DNA of 61,842 nucleotides, filler included. It is 6 parts of 6 records of this genome, joined end to end, with 100 filler letters (N's around TTAATTAATTAA, not from the genome) between each part and the next. Parts side by side here need not be neighbours in the genome. Positions count along the whole stretch, not along the records: positions 1 to 12,033 come from SRR22947727_2895; positions 12,134 to 19,399 come from SRR22947727_2904; 4 more parts are not named here. One strand, written 5' to 3'. This document shows positions 10,291-18,944 of the stretch, one piece after another. A program made the position numbers and the translations under genes. The notes under the pieces were generated by a model. It was not told where the DNA came from, searched no databases, and worked only from the letters and a program-made list of their open reading frames with translations. The first letter of the stretch is position 1. Every line of letters begins with the position of its first letter.

Positions 10291-10309
10291 TGTTTCAAGA
10301 TATGAAATA
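10291..10309. promoter_or_regulatory. Palindromic operator candidate in the divergent tmm/tmoX promoter
   Basis: TGTTTCA-AGATA-TGAAATA, 13/14 match to the 4694 palindrome. Confidence 0.55.
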
Positions 10310-10379
10310 TTACACTGAAAAGTGTTAAGATGAGAATAACGTATCTCAAGATTTAAATCAAAACCTATCGGGAGGTAAT

Positions 10380-11330
10380 ATGGTAAAATTATTTAAAGGA
10401 TTAGTTTTAGCGGCAGTGGTTGTTTCTTTCACAGTTTTTGGAAGTATTGCTAAAGCAGCAGATCCTATTAGAATACCAGTGCTTAACTGGACGAGCCAAA
10501 TTGTAATGGCAAATGTTATGGCACAAATTTTTGAAGAACAAGGATTTACGGCTGAATTAGTTCCAGCTGAATCAGCTTCAAGATATGAAGCTGTTAGAAT
10601 TGGAGACTTACATGTAGCTCATGAAACTTGGGAGTCTACTATGGCTCTTCCATTTTATGAAGCAATGGACAAGGGCGGTCTTATTGATGCAGGAAGTCAT
10701 GATCTTATAACTTTTGAGGAAATGGGGATTCCTAACTGGGTAATCGACGAAGGTCTATGTCCAGGTCTTCCTAATTGGGAAGCTCTTTTATCACCAGAAT
10801 GTGCAGCTAATTTTGCTACTGCTGACTCTGGAGGAAAAGGTAGATGGTTAGAAGGACCTTACGAGTGGCATACTGATGTTATGCCTAATAGACTAAAAGG
10901 TCTGGGTCTTGATGAAATGTGGATGGTTAAGTTCGCTGGTAGTGCTGATGCATTATGGGCAGAACTTGATGCTGCTAAAAAAGAAGGAAGAGGAACAGTA
11001 ATATTTAACTGGTCTCCAAACTTTACGGATGCTGCAGGGTTTACTTTTATCGATTTCCCTCCTTACTTTGAAGGTTGCAGAATGGAAAATGGTGGAACTT
11101 TAGAAACTACTGGTTGTGGCTCACCAAAAGGGTGGCTCAAAAAAGCAGCTCACATTAAGTTTCCTATAACTCATCCAGCTGCGTATAAGTTTTATACAAA
11201 AATGTCATTTACTGCTCCACAAATTGGTCTAATGGCGGATCTAGTTGATAATCAAGGCATGAGTCATGCTGATGCTGCAACTACATTCATTGCTGAACAT
11301 AGAGACCTTATGGATCGATGGATGAATTAA
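10380..11330 (+). CDS. tmoX: TMAO/betaine-type ABC transporter substrate-binding protein
   Basis: Signal peptide, NWTSQIVM, CPGLPNWEAL..CAANFAT, IFNWSPNF; GGAGG RBS; next to tmm/tdm. Confidence 0.8.
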   Translation: MVKLFKGLVLAAVVVSFTVFGSIAKAADPIRIPVLNWTSQIVMANVMAQIFEEQGFTAELVPAESASRYEAVRIGDLHVAHETWESTMALPFYEAMDKGGLIDAGSHDLITFEEMGIPNWVIDEGLCPGLPNWEALLSPECAANFATADSGGKGRWLEGPYEWHTDVMPNRLKGLGLDEMWMVKFAGSADALWAELDAAKKEGRGTVIFNWSPNFTDAAGFTFIDFPPYFEGCRMENGGTLETTGCGSPKGWLKKAAHIKFPITHPAAYKFYTKMSFTAPQIGLMADLVDNQGMSHADAATTFIAEHRDLMDRWMN

Positions 11331-11350
11331 TAGTAAATTAATACTTTATC

Positions 11351-11385
11351 AAAATCCCCTCTTTAATAAGTGGGGATTTTTTTTT
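11351..11385 (+). terminator. Intrinsic terminator/stabilising hairpin after tmoX
   Basis: AAAATCCCC-tctttaataagt-GGGGATTTT followed by a T-run. Confidence 0.75.
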
Positions 11386-11439
11386 AATAATTTTAATATT
11401 TTTTTTAATTAAACAACTTTAGAGTGTTATAAGATTATC

Positions 11440-12033
11440 ATGAATGACTCATTATCAATAAATCAAAAACCTGTGATAAGATGTGAGTCTGTTTATAAAA
11501 TTTTTGGAACAAATGCTAATAAACTTTTAGAAAAAGCCAGTGGTCCAATTTCTGCAGAAGAATTCCAAAAAGCTGGATGTATAATTGGAGTAAATGACGC
11601 TTCTTTTGAAATTCATAAAGGTGAAATGTTGGTTGTAATGGGGCTATCAGGTTCTGGAAAGTCAACACTTCTTAGATGTATTTCAAGATTAACTGATCCT
11701 ACTTCTGGAAAAATATTTATTGATGGTGAAAATTTACTTGAAATGAATAGCAAACAATTAATTGAGTTAAGAAGAAATAAAATGGGAATGGTTTTTCAGA
11801 GCTTTGCTCTTTTACCTCACAAAACTGTTCTAGAAAATATTGCCTTCCCCCTTATTATTAAAGGATTACCAACAGAAGAAAGTATAAAAAAAGCAATGGA
11901 GATGGTTGAGCTTGTTGGTTTAAAAGGAAGAGAGAATTATTTTCCAAGAGAGTTATCAGGAGGCCAACAACAACGAGTTGGTATTGCACGCTCACTTGCT
12001 GTTGAGCCTGATATTTGGTTTTTAGATGAACCT
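11440..12033 (+). CDS. tmoW: Betaine/TMAO ABC transporter ATP-binding subunit (ProV/TmoW-like), truncated by contig end
   Basis: Walker A GLSGSGKST, MVFQSFALLPH, LSGGQQQRVGIARSL, FLDEP. Confidence 0.8.
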
Positions 12034-12133
12034 NNNNNNNNNNNNNNNNNNNNNNNNNNNNNNNNNNNNNNNNNNNNTTAATTAATTAANNNNNNNNNNN
12101 NNNNNNNNNNNNNNNNNNNNNNNNNNNNNNNNN
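12034..12133. other. Artificial contig spacer
   Basis: N-run + TTAATTAATTAA (stops in all six frames) + N-run; composition changes across it. Confidence 0.98.
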
Positions 12134-12203
12134 AAGCGGGTAGTGACGTGGGCGCCCGCGCTCTACAGTAATAAACTCGGTAGCACTTCGGCTCCACGTA
12201 TTT

Positions 12204-12915
12204 TCAGGGGCGGTTCCACTGGAAGCACTCCATCAAGTGACGGTATCTGTGGATTTTCAGGCTCTACACCGCTCTCAACGCACCCGAAATGTCACTTCCG
12301 GGCGGGTCCTGACAACCAACGCATCGGGCATCCAAGAAAAACCACCCCTGACTCGGGTTGAATTCTTTGTGACACCCGTATTCCGTGTTCGTATAGTGGA
12401 CCCACTAGACGCGGCCACTGCGGAAAAGTGGCTAGGAAGACCCCACCTTGCATTCGCAAACGGGATAGGCAGAGTCCGGTAGTGTTGGAATCTGCCGAAG
12501 GCGTCAGTCAGGACCAGTTTTGACGCAGCGGTCAGTGATGACCGGGTCCATCTTCAAACCGTCGCGGTGTTGCAAGTCCGGGTACCGCACCTTCCAAGCT
12601 CTCCCGCTGGTTACGGGGATCTGTTCCATAAGCGCTGTTAATGGCAGGGCACTCGTGCCCTGGCTATTCGACAGTTTCTTCAACCCGGCAAACGCCCTGG
12701 CGGTCAGTGCGTTCTGCTTTTTTCGAAAAAGGAGGTAAATCCACTCCAGCCTCAGGCTGGATAACCGTTGGTTGGCACGGGCCAGTTTTCATCTGGAAAC
12801 ACACGGTGCTGTCTATGGCCAGACACATTCAGGTCAACCGGGATTGGTGTCCCGTGATCGTACCGCACAGCGGACCTGCGCAGCTTCTGTTGCCAGGTGA
12901 TCAGAAACACTCACC
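12204..12915 (+). ncRNA. Candidate large structured RNA (or folded ssDNA element) upstream of a tyrosine-recombinase gene
   Basis: About 20 hairpins and nested long-range stems seen by eye, e.g. 12204-12215/12340-12351, AAGTGAC/GTCACTT, CGGTCA-GTGA-TGACCG, CAGGGCA-CTCG-TGCCCTG, TCCAGCC-TCA-GGCTGGA; only mutually overlapping non-protein-like short ORFs. Confidence 0.55.
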
Positions 12916-12930
12916 GAAGGAAACCACACT

Positions 12931-13179
12931 ATGCGAGACCTGAACTACCAACTGAAAATGCTGTGCAAGCACAGCCATGAAGGCAGCTTCGAAACCCGGG
13001 TGGGCCGGGAGCGACAACTCAGCGCCATCGCCAATCAGTTACACGACCTGGGCTTCCGGCAGATGAAGGCCACGTCACTCAAACAGAAGCATGTCCAGGC
13101 CCTGGTGGACCACTGGCTGGACCAGAATCTTTCTCCCGGGACTATCAAGAACCGGATGAGCTGTCTGCGCTGGTGGGCC
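12931..13179 (+). pseudogene. N-terminal SAM-like domain of a phage-integrase-type tyrosine recombinase (Phage_int_SAM_2/Integrase_1-type), catalytic domain missing
   Basis: MRDLNYQLKMLCKHSHEGSFETRVGRERQLSAIANQLHDLGFRQMKATSLKQKHVQALVDHWLDQNLSPGTIKNRMSCLRWWA resembles this family's N-terminus; AAGGA RBS at 12917; resemblance stops after RWWA. Confidence 0.8.
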
Positions 13180-13404
13180 GCCTTTGAGCATATCGAGGCG
13201 CGCAACCGCGCCGACAACGTGAGCCCATTTGATGCGCTCCTTAATCAGGGGGTTGAACCCGTGGCGCTCACCGATGCCGAAAAACAGGCCTGGCTGGCCA
13301 TGCAGCAGCCCGGTGAGGCGATGATGCAGAGCGAGGGCGGCTTATCCACGGCGGCGCTAGAGCGGATCAAGGCACTGGTCAGGGATTTCCGCCAGCAACA
13401 ATGA
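13180..13404 (+). pseudogene. dctP: C-terminal remnant of a TRAP substrate-binding protein (DctP), fused in frame to the integrase fragment
   Basis: AFEHIEARNRADNVSPFDALLNQGVEPVALTDAEKQAW resembles DctP C-termini; stop overlaps the dctQ start (ATGA), the normal dctPQM arrangement. Confidence 0.7.
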
Positions 13405-13889
13405 CTCTCCTGGCGCGGATCAATCGGCTTATTAGCTGGCTGGAAGACAGCCTGCTGATTGGATTGGTCGTGGGCCTGCTGCTGGTGGCGGTGGCTCAAA
13501 TTGTGTTGCGTAACGTTGCGGGCGAGGGGCTGTTTTGGGCCGAGCCCGCCATGCGTATTGCCGTTTTATGGATCGCCATGATTGGCGGCATGGTGGCCTG
13601 CCGCGAGGGCGGGCATATCAAAATTAATCTGTTTGATCTGTATGCGCAGGGCAGGGCGAGACGAGCACTGGCCGCTTTGGCGCATTTGGGCGCCTGTGGT
13701 ACCTGCGCGGCGCTGGCCTATGCAAGCTGGCTGTTTGTGGGTTACGAACGCATGGACGGCATGACTACGTTTTTGAACCTCCCCGCTTGGTGGTTTGAGA
13801 GTATTTTGCCGGTGGGCTTTGCCGTGATGACCCTGCGCTTTTTGCGCGATGCGGTGGCCATGCGCCCCCACGCCGACGAGGCGCCATAA
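13401..13889 (+). CDS. dctQ: TRAP transporter small permease
   Basis: Four TM segments, QIVLRN, WAEPAMR, GHIKINL motif, precedes dctM. Confidence 0.9.
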   Translation: MTLLARINRLISWLEDSLLIGLVVGLLLVAVAQIVLRNVAGEGLFWAEPAMRIAVLWIAMIGGMVACREGGHIKINLFDLYAQGRARRALAALAHLGACGTCAALAYASWLFVGYERMDGMTTFLNLPAWWFESILPVGFAVMTLRFLRDAVAMRPHADEAP

Positions 13890-13890
13890 G

Positions 13891-15173
13891 GTGCTCCTCA
13901 CCCTCGCCATTACGGCAGCACTCATTTTTCTTGCGCTCAGCGGCATGCCCATCTTTGCGGTGATAGCCGCCACCGCTTTGATTGGTTTTTACCTCTCGGA
14001 TATCGAGATCACGGTAGTGGCGATCGAGCTCTATCGCATTGTGGATACCCCCATGCTGGTGGCCTTGCCGCTCTTCACCCTGGCCGGTTATCTGCTGGCC
14101 GAGAGCAATGCATCACATCGCCTGGTGCGCACTGCACAGGCCGCCATTGGCTGGCTGCCCGGTGGGCTCGGCATTATTGCCCTCGTAACCTGCGCGTTTT
14201 TTACCGCATTTACCGGCGCATCGGGGGTGACCATCGTGGCGGTGGGTGCGCTTTTGTACCCGGCCCTGGTCAAGGTGGGGTTCTCCGACAAGTTCAGCCT
14301 CGGCCTGGTCACCAGCTCAGGGAGTCTGGGCCTGTTGTTAGCGCCATCTTTGCCGCTCATCTTGTATGGCATCGTGGCGCAGCAAACGGGCTTGGGCGAG
14401 CCGTTTTCGATTCAGGATTTGTTCATTGCCGGCTTGCTGCCTGCCGGCCTTATGGTGCTGCTGCTCTCACTGTGGGCCGTGTGGCAGCAGCGCGATCAGT
14501 GGCACCAACGGCAGCGTTTTACGGCGGCGGAACTCGGCGCTGCCCTGTGGGAGGCGCGCTGGGAGCTACCCCTGCCCTTTGTCGTCTTTGGCGGCATTTA
14601 CGCCGGGTGGTTGGCGGTGTCTGAAACCGCCGCGGTGGTGGCCCTGTACGTACTGATCGTTGAGGTGCTGCTCTATAAGGACATCACAGTGCGCGCGCTG
14701 CCCGATGTGTTTCGTAAGGGCATGATCATGGCCGGGAGCATTATTTTGATCTTGGGCGTGGCGCTGGCACTCACCAATATCATTGTTGATGCCGAGATCC
14801 CTGCGCGGCTGTTTGAGTTTGTGCAGCGGCACGTCGACAGCAAGTACACCTTTTTGATCCTGCTCAATATCTTCCTGCTGCTGTTAGGCGCGGTGCTCGA
14901 TATTTTCTCAGCGCTGGTGATTATGGTGCCGCTCATTTTGCCGCTGGCGGTGGGGTACGGCATCCATCCCGTGCATCTGGGCATTATCTTTTTGGCCAAC
15001 ATGCAGATCGGCTACATGACGCCACCTGTGGGCATGAACCTCTTTATTGCCAGCTACCGCTTTAAAAAGCCCATCACCGAGCTCTACAGCGCATCGCTCC
15101 CGTTATGATGATTCTGCTGATTGCCTTACTGCTCATTACCTATTGGCCCTGGTTGTCGTTGGGGTTCCTGTAG
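13891..15173 (+). CDS. dctM: TRAP transporter large permease, 1-nt frameshift near the 3' end (about 15103)
   Basis: GTG start at 13891; ALPLFTLAG, FTGASG, GSLGLLLAPS, IHPVHLGIIF, IGYMTPPVGMNLF; the final TM helix MMILLIALLLITYWPWLSLGFL* continues in another frame to TAG at 15171-15173. Confidence 0.85.
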
Positions 15174-15585
15174 AGCGAGTTGATGTCGCATATATATGTC
15201 AAATCTAGGCTAACTCAGTTTCCAACTGGCTTTTGGTTCCGTGTACCCCCAACGTTGAGAGCCATTGTTTAAAAAACACCAGATCTTTCCTGCGCTCGAT
15301 GTCTGTTTACTCTGGTTTCGCTCCAGCAATGGTTTTTTATTGATTGTCGCCTCATCTTTGCGCCCTAGCATTTTGAGGGCTTCCCAAGTTGCCCCGAAAG
15401 GGCCAGAAGTCGACAGTAAACCCGCCGCTCGACTTCAAAACCGCATGACCGATGTTCCTTGAATCATTGACTTAGCCTCTTGACTTCGAACGCTTGTTGT
15501 AAATATTGTTCGGCGAGCTTGTCCAAAAACAGTCAGCAGGCGGGCATCGCCGGCTGATGCAAATAAACAACAGGAGCCCCCACCA

Positions 15586-18126
15586 ATGCCTTCAAAACTT
15601 ACGAATCAGTTGAAAGCCCTCAGGAGCCCTTTGGCCTCGGCTACGGGCGCGGTTGTTCTGGCTGCCACCCAACTACCTGTGGCGCACGCACAAGTCACGC
15701 TGGAAGAGGTTGTTGTTACGGCGCGCCAACGTGCGGAGAGCATTTTGGATGTACCTGCATCGGTTACCGCATACTCTGAGTCAGAAATAACAGCCGCAAA
15801 TATTGACCGACCGTCAGATTTCATTATGAGGACGCCGGGCCTGTCTCAGGTGCAGACGGTGGAAGTTGGAGATATGCAGGTTAACGTCCGGGGTATCAAT
15901 TCCGGCCGCGACACTGAAAGTAGCGTAGCGCTTGTCGTGGACGGAGTGCTCCTTACCAACCCCAACGCACTTAATCAGGAGATGGACAACATTTCACAGA
16001 TCGAGGTGCTCAAGGGGCCTCAGGGCGCCATTTACGGTAGAAACGCGCTCGCGGGAGCCATCATCATCAGTACACAAAAGCCTCCGGAAGAATTTGAGGC
16101 CAACATCGAAGCCACCGCCGGGAATTTTGGCTTGGTGAAAGGCGCGGTTGGTATTGGTGGGCCGCTCTCAGACAACGCAGAGGGATTGTTGAGAATCTAT
16201 CATCGTGAGGACGACGGATCCTTTGATAACAGCTTTAAGGGATGTGATGATTGCGTGAATTTCCTCGAGGAAACTGGCGTCACAGGCCGGATTGTCTACA
16301 GGCCGACCGATAATATAGAGCTGGATTTCAAGGCGCGGTGGTCTGAAGTTAAAGCTGGTGGTGTTTCATTTAATGCCTCACTCGCACTAGCCGACGCCGC
16401 TGCGGCGGGCTTCGGCGATTTGTTCTACGAAGATGCAAATGATCATGAGTTCTACTACATCAATCTGAATGATCCCGATAACCAGCAGGAGACACTCAAT
16501 CTCTCCCTGCGTGGTGTTATTGATCTTGATTCAGGCGGTTCCGTGACCTTCTCCGCGTCATATAACGATGCTGAAAATTACTTTATGTCCGCGGGTACCA
16601 GTAACGCCTTCGGCATTTACAATGCAAACGAAGTTTGTCAGGAACAATATTACGCGGCGATCGATACGATTCCCGTACCGGCTCCATTTTTTTACACTCC
16701 TGACATCAGCGGCAGTTTCCTGCCCCCATATCCCCCAATAACTTGCGGTGGCTACCAGTATCAGCAGAGAGACCAGGAGGATATGGCCCTGGAGATCAGG
16801 TACGAGTCAAGCCAGGACCAAGACCTGAGATGGATGATGGGAGGCTACGTCGCCGACATTGATCGACGCTTGGTTGTTGCGTACGGCGGAGACCTCGGCC
16901 TCGGGCAGGACACTTTTCAGCTTGGCTTTGTGCCCGCAAGCGGACCTAATCCAACAGACCTTTTATACGATGACGATCTTCTGAGTACGGTTTACGCAGT
17001 ATTTGGCAGTGTTGACTTTGATATTACTGAGAAGCTGGAGCTAGGACTCGCTCTGCGCTACGACATAGAAGAGCGAGAAGTAAATAACAATGTTCCCAAA
17101 ATCGGCCCGCAAACACCGGGATTCGGAGCCTTTGGATTTCCGGTTTGTCCAAATGGGCCTGACGGCTGCTCTTACTACATCAATCCGTTTTATAACGCGA
17201 ATCAAGACGTAGCCTCTATCCCTTCCCGTGAGGAAGATTTTAGCCAATTACAACCCAAGGTGACGTTAAAGTGGCAAGCAAGTGACGCAGTGATGGCTTT
17301 TGCCTCCTACGGCGTTGGTTTCAGGAGTGGGGGATTCAACTCGTCTGGAACCTCGGCAACGCTCCAACAATTTTTTGGATCGCTGGCGCTAGCGGACGGC
17401 ACTAAGAATTTGAATGACCTTAGCGATGACTTTGATAAAGAGACATCAGAGGCTTTTGAGGTTGGTTTCAAGTCACGGTGGTTGGATGGCCGGCTACAAC
17501 TGAACGGTGCCCTCTACTACACTGAAATGGAGAATGCACAAGACTTCAGCTTCTTCGCAGGACCTTTTGGCTCCCTTCGAGTGGTCACGAATATTGATGA
17601 GGCAGAAATATTCGGGTTCGAGATTGATGGCAAATGGCTCATTAATGAGAATATCAGTGTTCATGGTGGTTACGGATCTACCGACACAGAGATCATTGCT
17701 TACAGCACGCGACCATACACTGCTGGAAACGACATGCCATATATTCCGGAGTACACGGGAAATATCGGTGCGGATCTGAACTTTCCCCTGAGTACTGGCT
17801 GGAATATCAGCGCTCGATGGGACTCGATGTTTGTGGGAGACACATGGTTCTCTCCGGTGCAGGATGACTACGTACCTAACTTTTTTACTGCCTTCGGTTT
17901 TGGGGGCGGTGAATTCACAAAGCAGAGGCGTGACAGTTTTGTTCGCCATGACGCAACGGTCAGTTTGAGCAAGGACAATTGGTCATTCCAGTTATGGGGA
18001 CGCAACATCACTGATGAGGAATATCTGGAGGAGGTGATTCCCGCGCCAGAATTCGGCGGATCCTTTATTCATGATACCTATGGCAGGACATACGGCATTA
18101 CCGTCCGATGGAACTATGGTGGTTGA
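15586..18126 (+). CDS. TonB-dependent outer-membrane receptor
   Basis: Signal peptide, TonB box LEEVVVTARQR, plug motifs VRGI and IEVLKGPQGAIYGRNALAGAI, GFRSGGFN, C-terminal GRTYGITVRWNY. Confidence 0.95.
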   Translation: MPSKLTNQLKALRSPLASATGAVVLAATQLPVAHAQVTLEEVVVTARQRAESILDVPASVTAYSESEITAANIDRPSDFIMRTPGLSQVQTVEVGDMQVNVRGINSGRDTESSVALVVDGVLLTNPNALNQEMDNISQIEVLKGPQGAIYGRNALAGAIIISTQKPPEEFEANIEATAGNFGLVKGAVGIGGPLSDNAEGLLRIYHREDDGSFDNSFKGCDDCVNFLEETGVTGRIVYRPTDNIELDFKARWSEVKAGGVSFNASLALADAAAAGFGDLFYEDANDHEFYYINLNDPDNQQETLNLSLRGVIDLDSGGSVTFSASYNDAENYFMSAGTSNAFGIYNANEVCQEQYYAAIDTIPVPAPFFYTPDISGSFLPPYPPITCGGYQYQQRDQEDMALEIRYESSQDQDLRWMMGGYVADIDRRLVVAYGGDLGLGQDTFQLGFVPASGPNPTDLLYDDDLLSTVYAVFGSVDFDITEKLELGLALRYDIEEREVNNNVPKIGPQTPGFGAFGFPVCPNGPDGCSYYINPFYNANQDVASIPSREEDFSQLQPKVTLKWQASDAVMAFASYGVGFRSGGFNSSGTSATLQQFFGSLALADGTKNLNDLSDDFDKETSEAFEVGFKSRWLDGRLQLNGALYYTEMENAQDFSFFAGPFGSLRVVTNIDEAEIFGFEIDGKWLINENISVHGGYGSTDTEIIAYSTRPYTAGNDMPYIPEYTGNIGADLNFPLSTGWNISARWDSMFVGDTWFSPVQDDYVPNFFTAFGFGGGEFTKQRRDSFVRHDATVSLSKDNWSFQLWGRNITDEEYLEEVIPAPEFGGSFIHDTYGRTYGITVRWNYGG

Positions 18127-18135
18127 CGCCAAAGC

Positions 18136-18166
18136 TTCCCGCCGGATTGCTTTAATCCGGTGGGAG
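18136..18166 (+). terminator. Strong hairpin after the TBDR gene (terminator or mRNA stabiliser)
   Basis: TTCCCGCCGGATT-gcttt-AATCCGGTGGGAG, about 13 bp with G-U pairs; weak U-tract. Confidence 0.55.
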
Positions 18167-18218
18167 CCTTATTGACAGCGTCTGATCTGTTTGCATTTGT
18201 TGGTTTGGAGATTGCGCC

Positions 18219-18905
18219 GTGAACCCTGCAGCCACTACAAAACCCTACACTAGAGCTGGCAAGCAGCCTCGGGCCGATGGTGAGAAAACGAAGGAGAGCA
18301 TTCTTGACGCGGCCGAATACCTGTTTTCGTATGGCGGCTTAGATGGCGTTTCGATTCGGCAGATAACGAAAAGAGCAAGCACTGACCTAGGATCCATAAA
18401 TTATTACTTTGGCTCAAAAATTGGACTTTTCAGGGCTGTGCTTATACGACGTGTAGCAGGCATGACAGAGCAGAGGCTGGAGTCGCTGTCGAAATTGCGG
18501 GCCGGATCAAATAAAAAAAATGCGATTCGAGAAATATTGGCTGCGTTTATTGCTCCTTTGTTCGGCGATAGCCCGGATCAGTGTGATCAATTGGCTAACT
18601 ATAGAAGGCTTGTAGCTTTGGTGGCCAATTCTAAAGCTTGGCAAGAAGAGGTGTTCAGGCAACACTATGATCAGGCGGCCGACCACTACATTGGTGCATT
18701 GTCCAAGCAGATGCCGGAGGTCAGTGTTGCGCAAGTGTGTTGGTACTTTAATTTTTTTCTTGGTGCGCTGACTAACTCCATTGCAGAGACAGGAAGGGTT
18801 GACAGGTTGTCCGGCGGCTTGTGCGAATCTGCCGACTTGGAAGATATGCAAAATAACTTGTTGAACGCAACTGTGCCTGCATTTATGGCATTACTGAGAA
18901 CATGA
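18219..18905 (+). CDS. TetR/AcrR-family regulator (PsrA-like)
   Basis: TKESILDAAEYLF...VSIRQIT..A..DLGSINYYFGSK HTH signature. Confidence 0.92.
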   Translation: MNPAATTKPYTRAGKQPRADGEKTKESILDAAEYLFSYGGLDGVSIRQITKRASTDLGSINYYFGSKIGLFRAVLIRRVAGMTEQRLESLSKLRAGSNKKNAIREILAAFIAPLFGDSPDQCDQLANYRRLVALVANSKAWQEEVFRQHYDQAADHYIGALSKQMPEVSVAQVCWYFNFFLGALTNSIAETGRVDRLSGGLCESADLEDMQNNLLNATVPAFMALLRT

Positions 18906-18944
18906 ACGGGCACTTTGGCTTTGGTGAGAAATGGAGGGGCAGTC

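Noticed and set aside
12078-12089. TTAATTAATTAA palindrome repeated five times in the window
   Set aside because: Artificial six-frame-stop linker inside N-runs, not biological
12204-12915. Possible CRISPR array, attC cassette array or group II intron
   Set aside because: The hairpins share no repeated sequence or regular spacing; no GTTRRRY-bounded repeats and no domain V-like catalytic hairpin were recognised
12143-12943. Four overlapping short + strand ORFs (72-100 aa)
   Set aside because: They overlap each other in different frames, have no recognisable domains or RBS and coincide with dense base-pairing; better explained as non-coding structure
15265-15462. 65-aa ORF in the dctM-TBDR intergenic region
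   Set aside because: TTG start without RBS and no recognisable features
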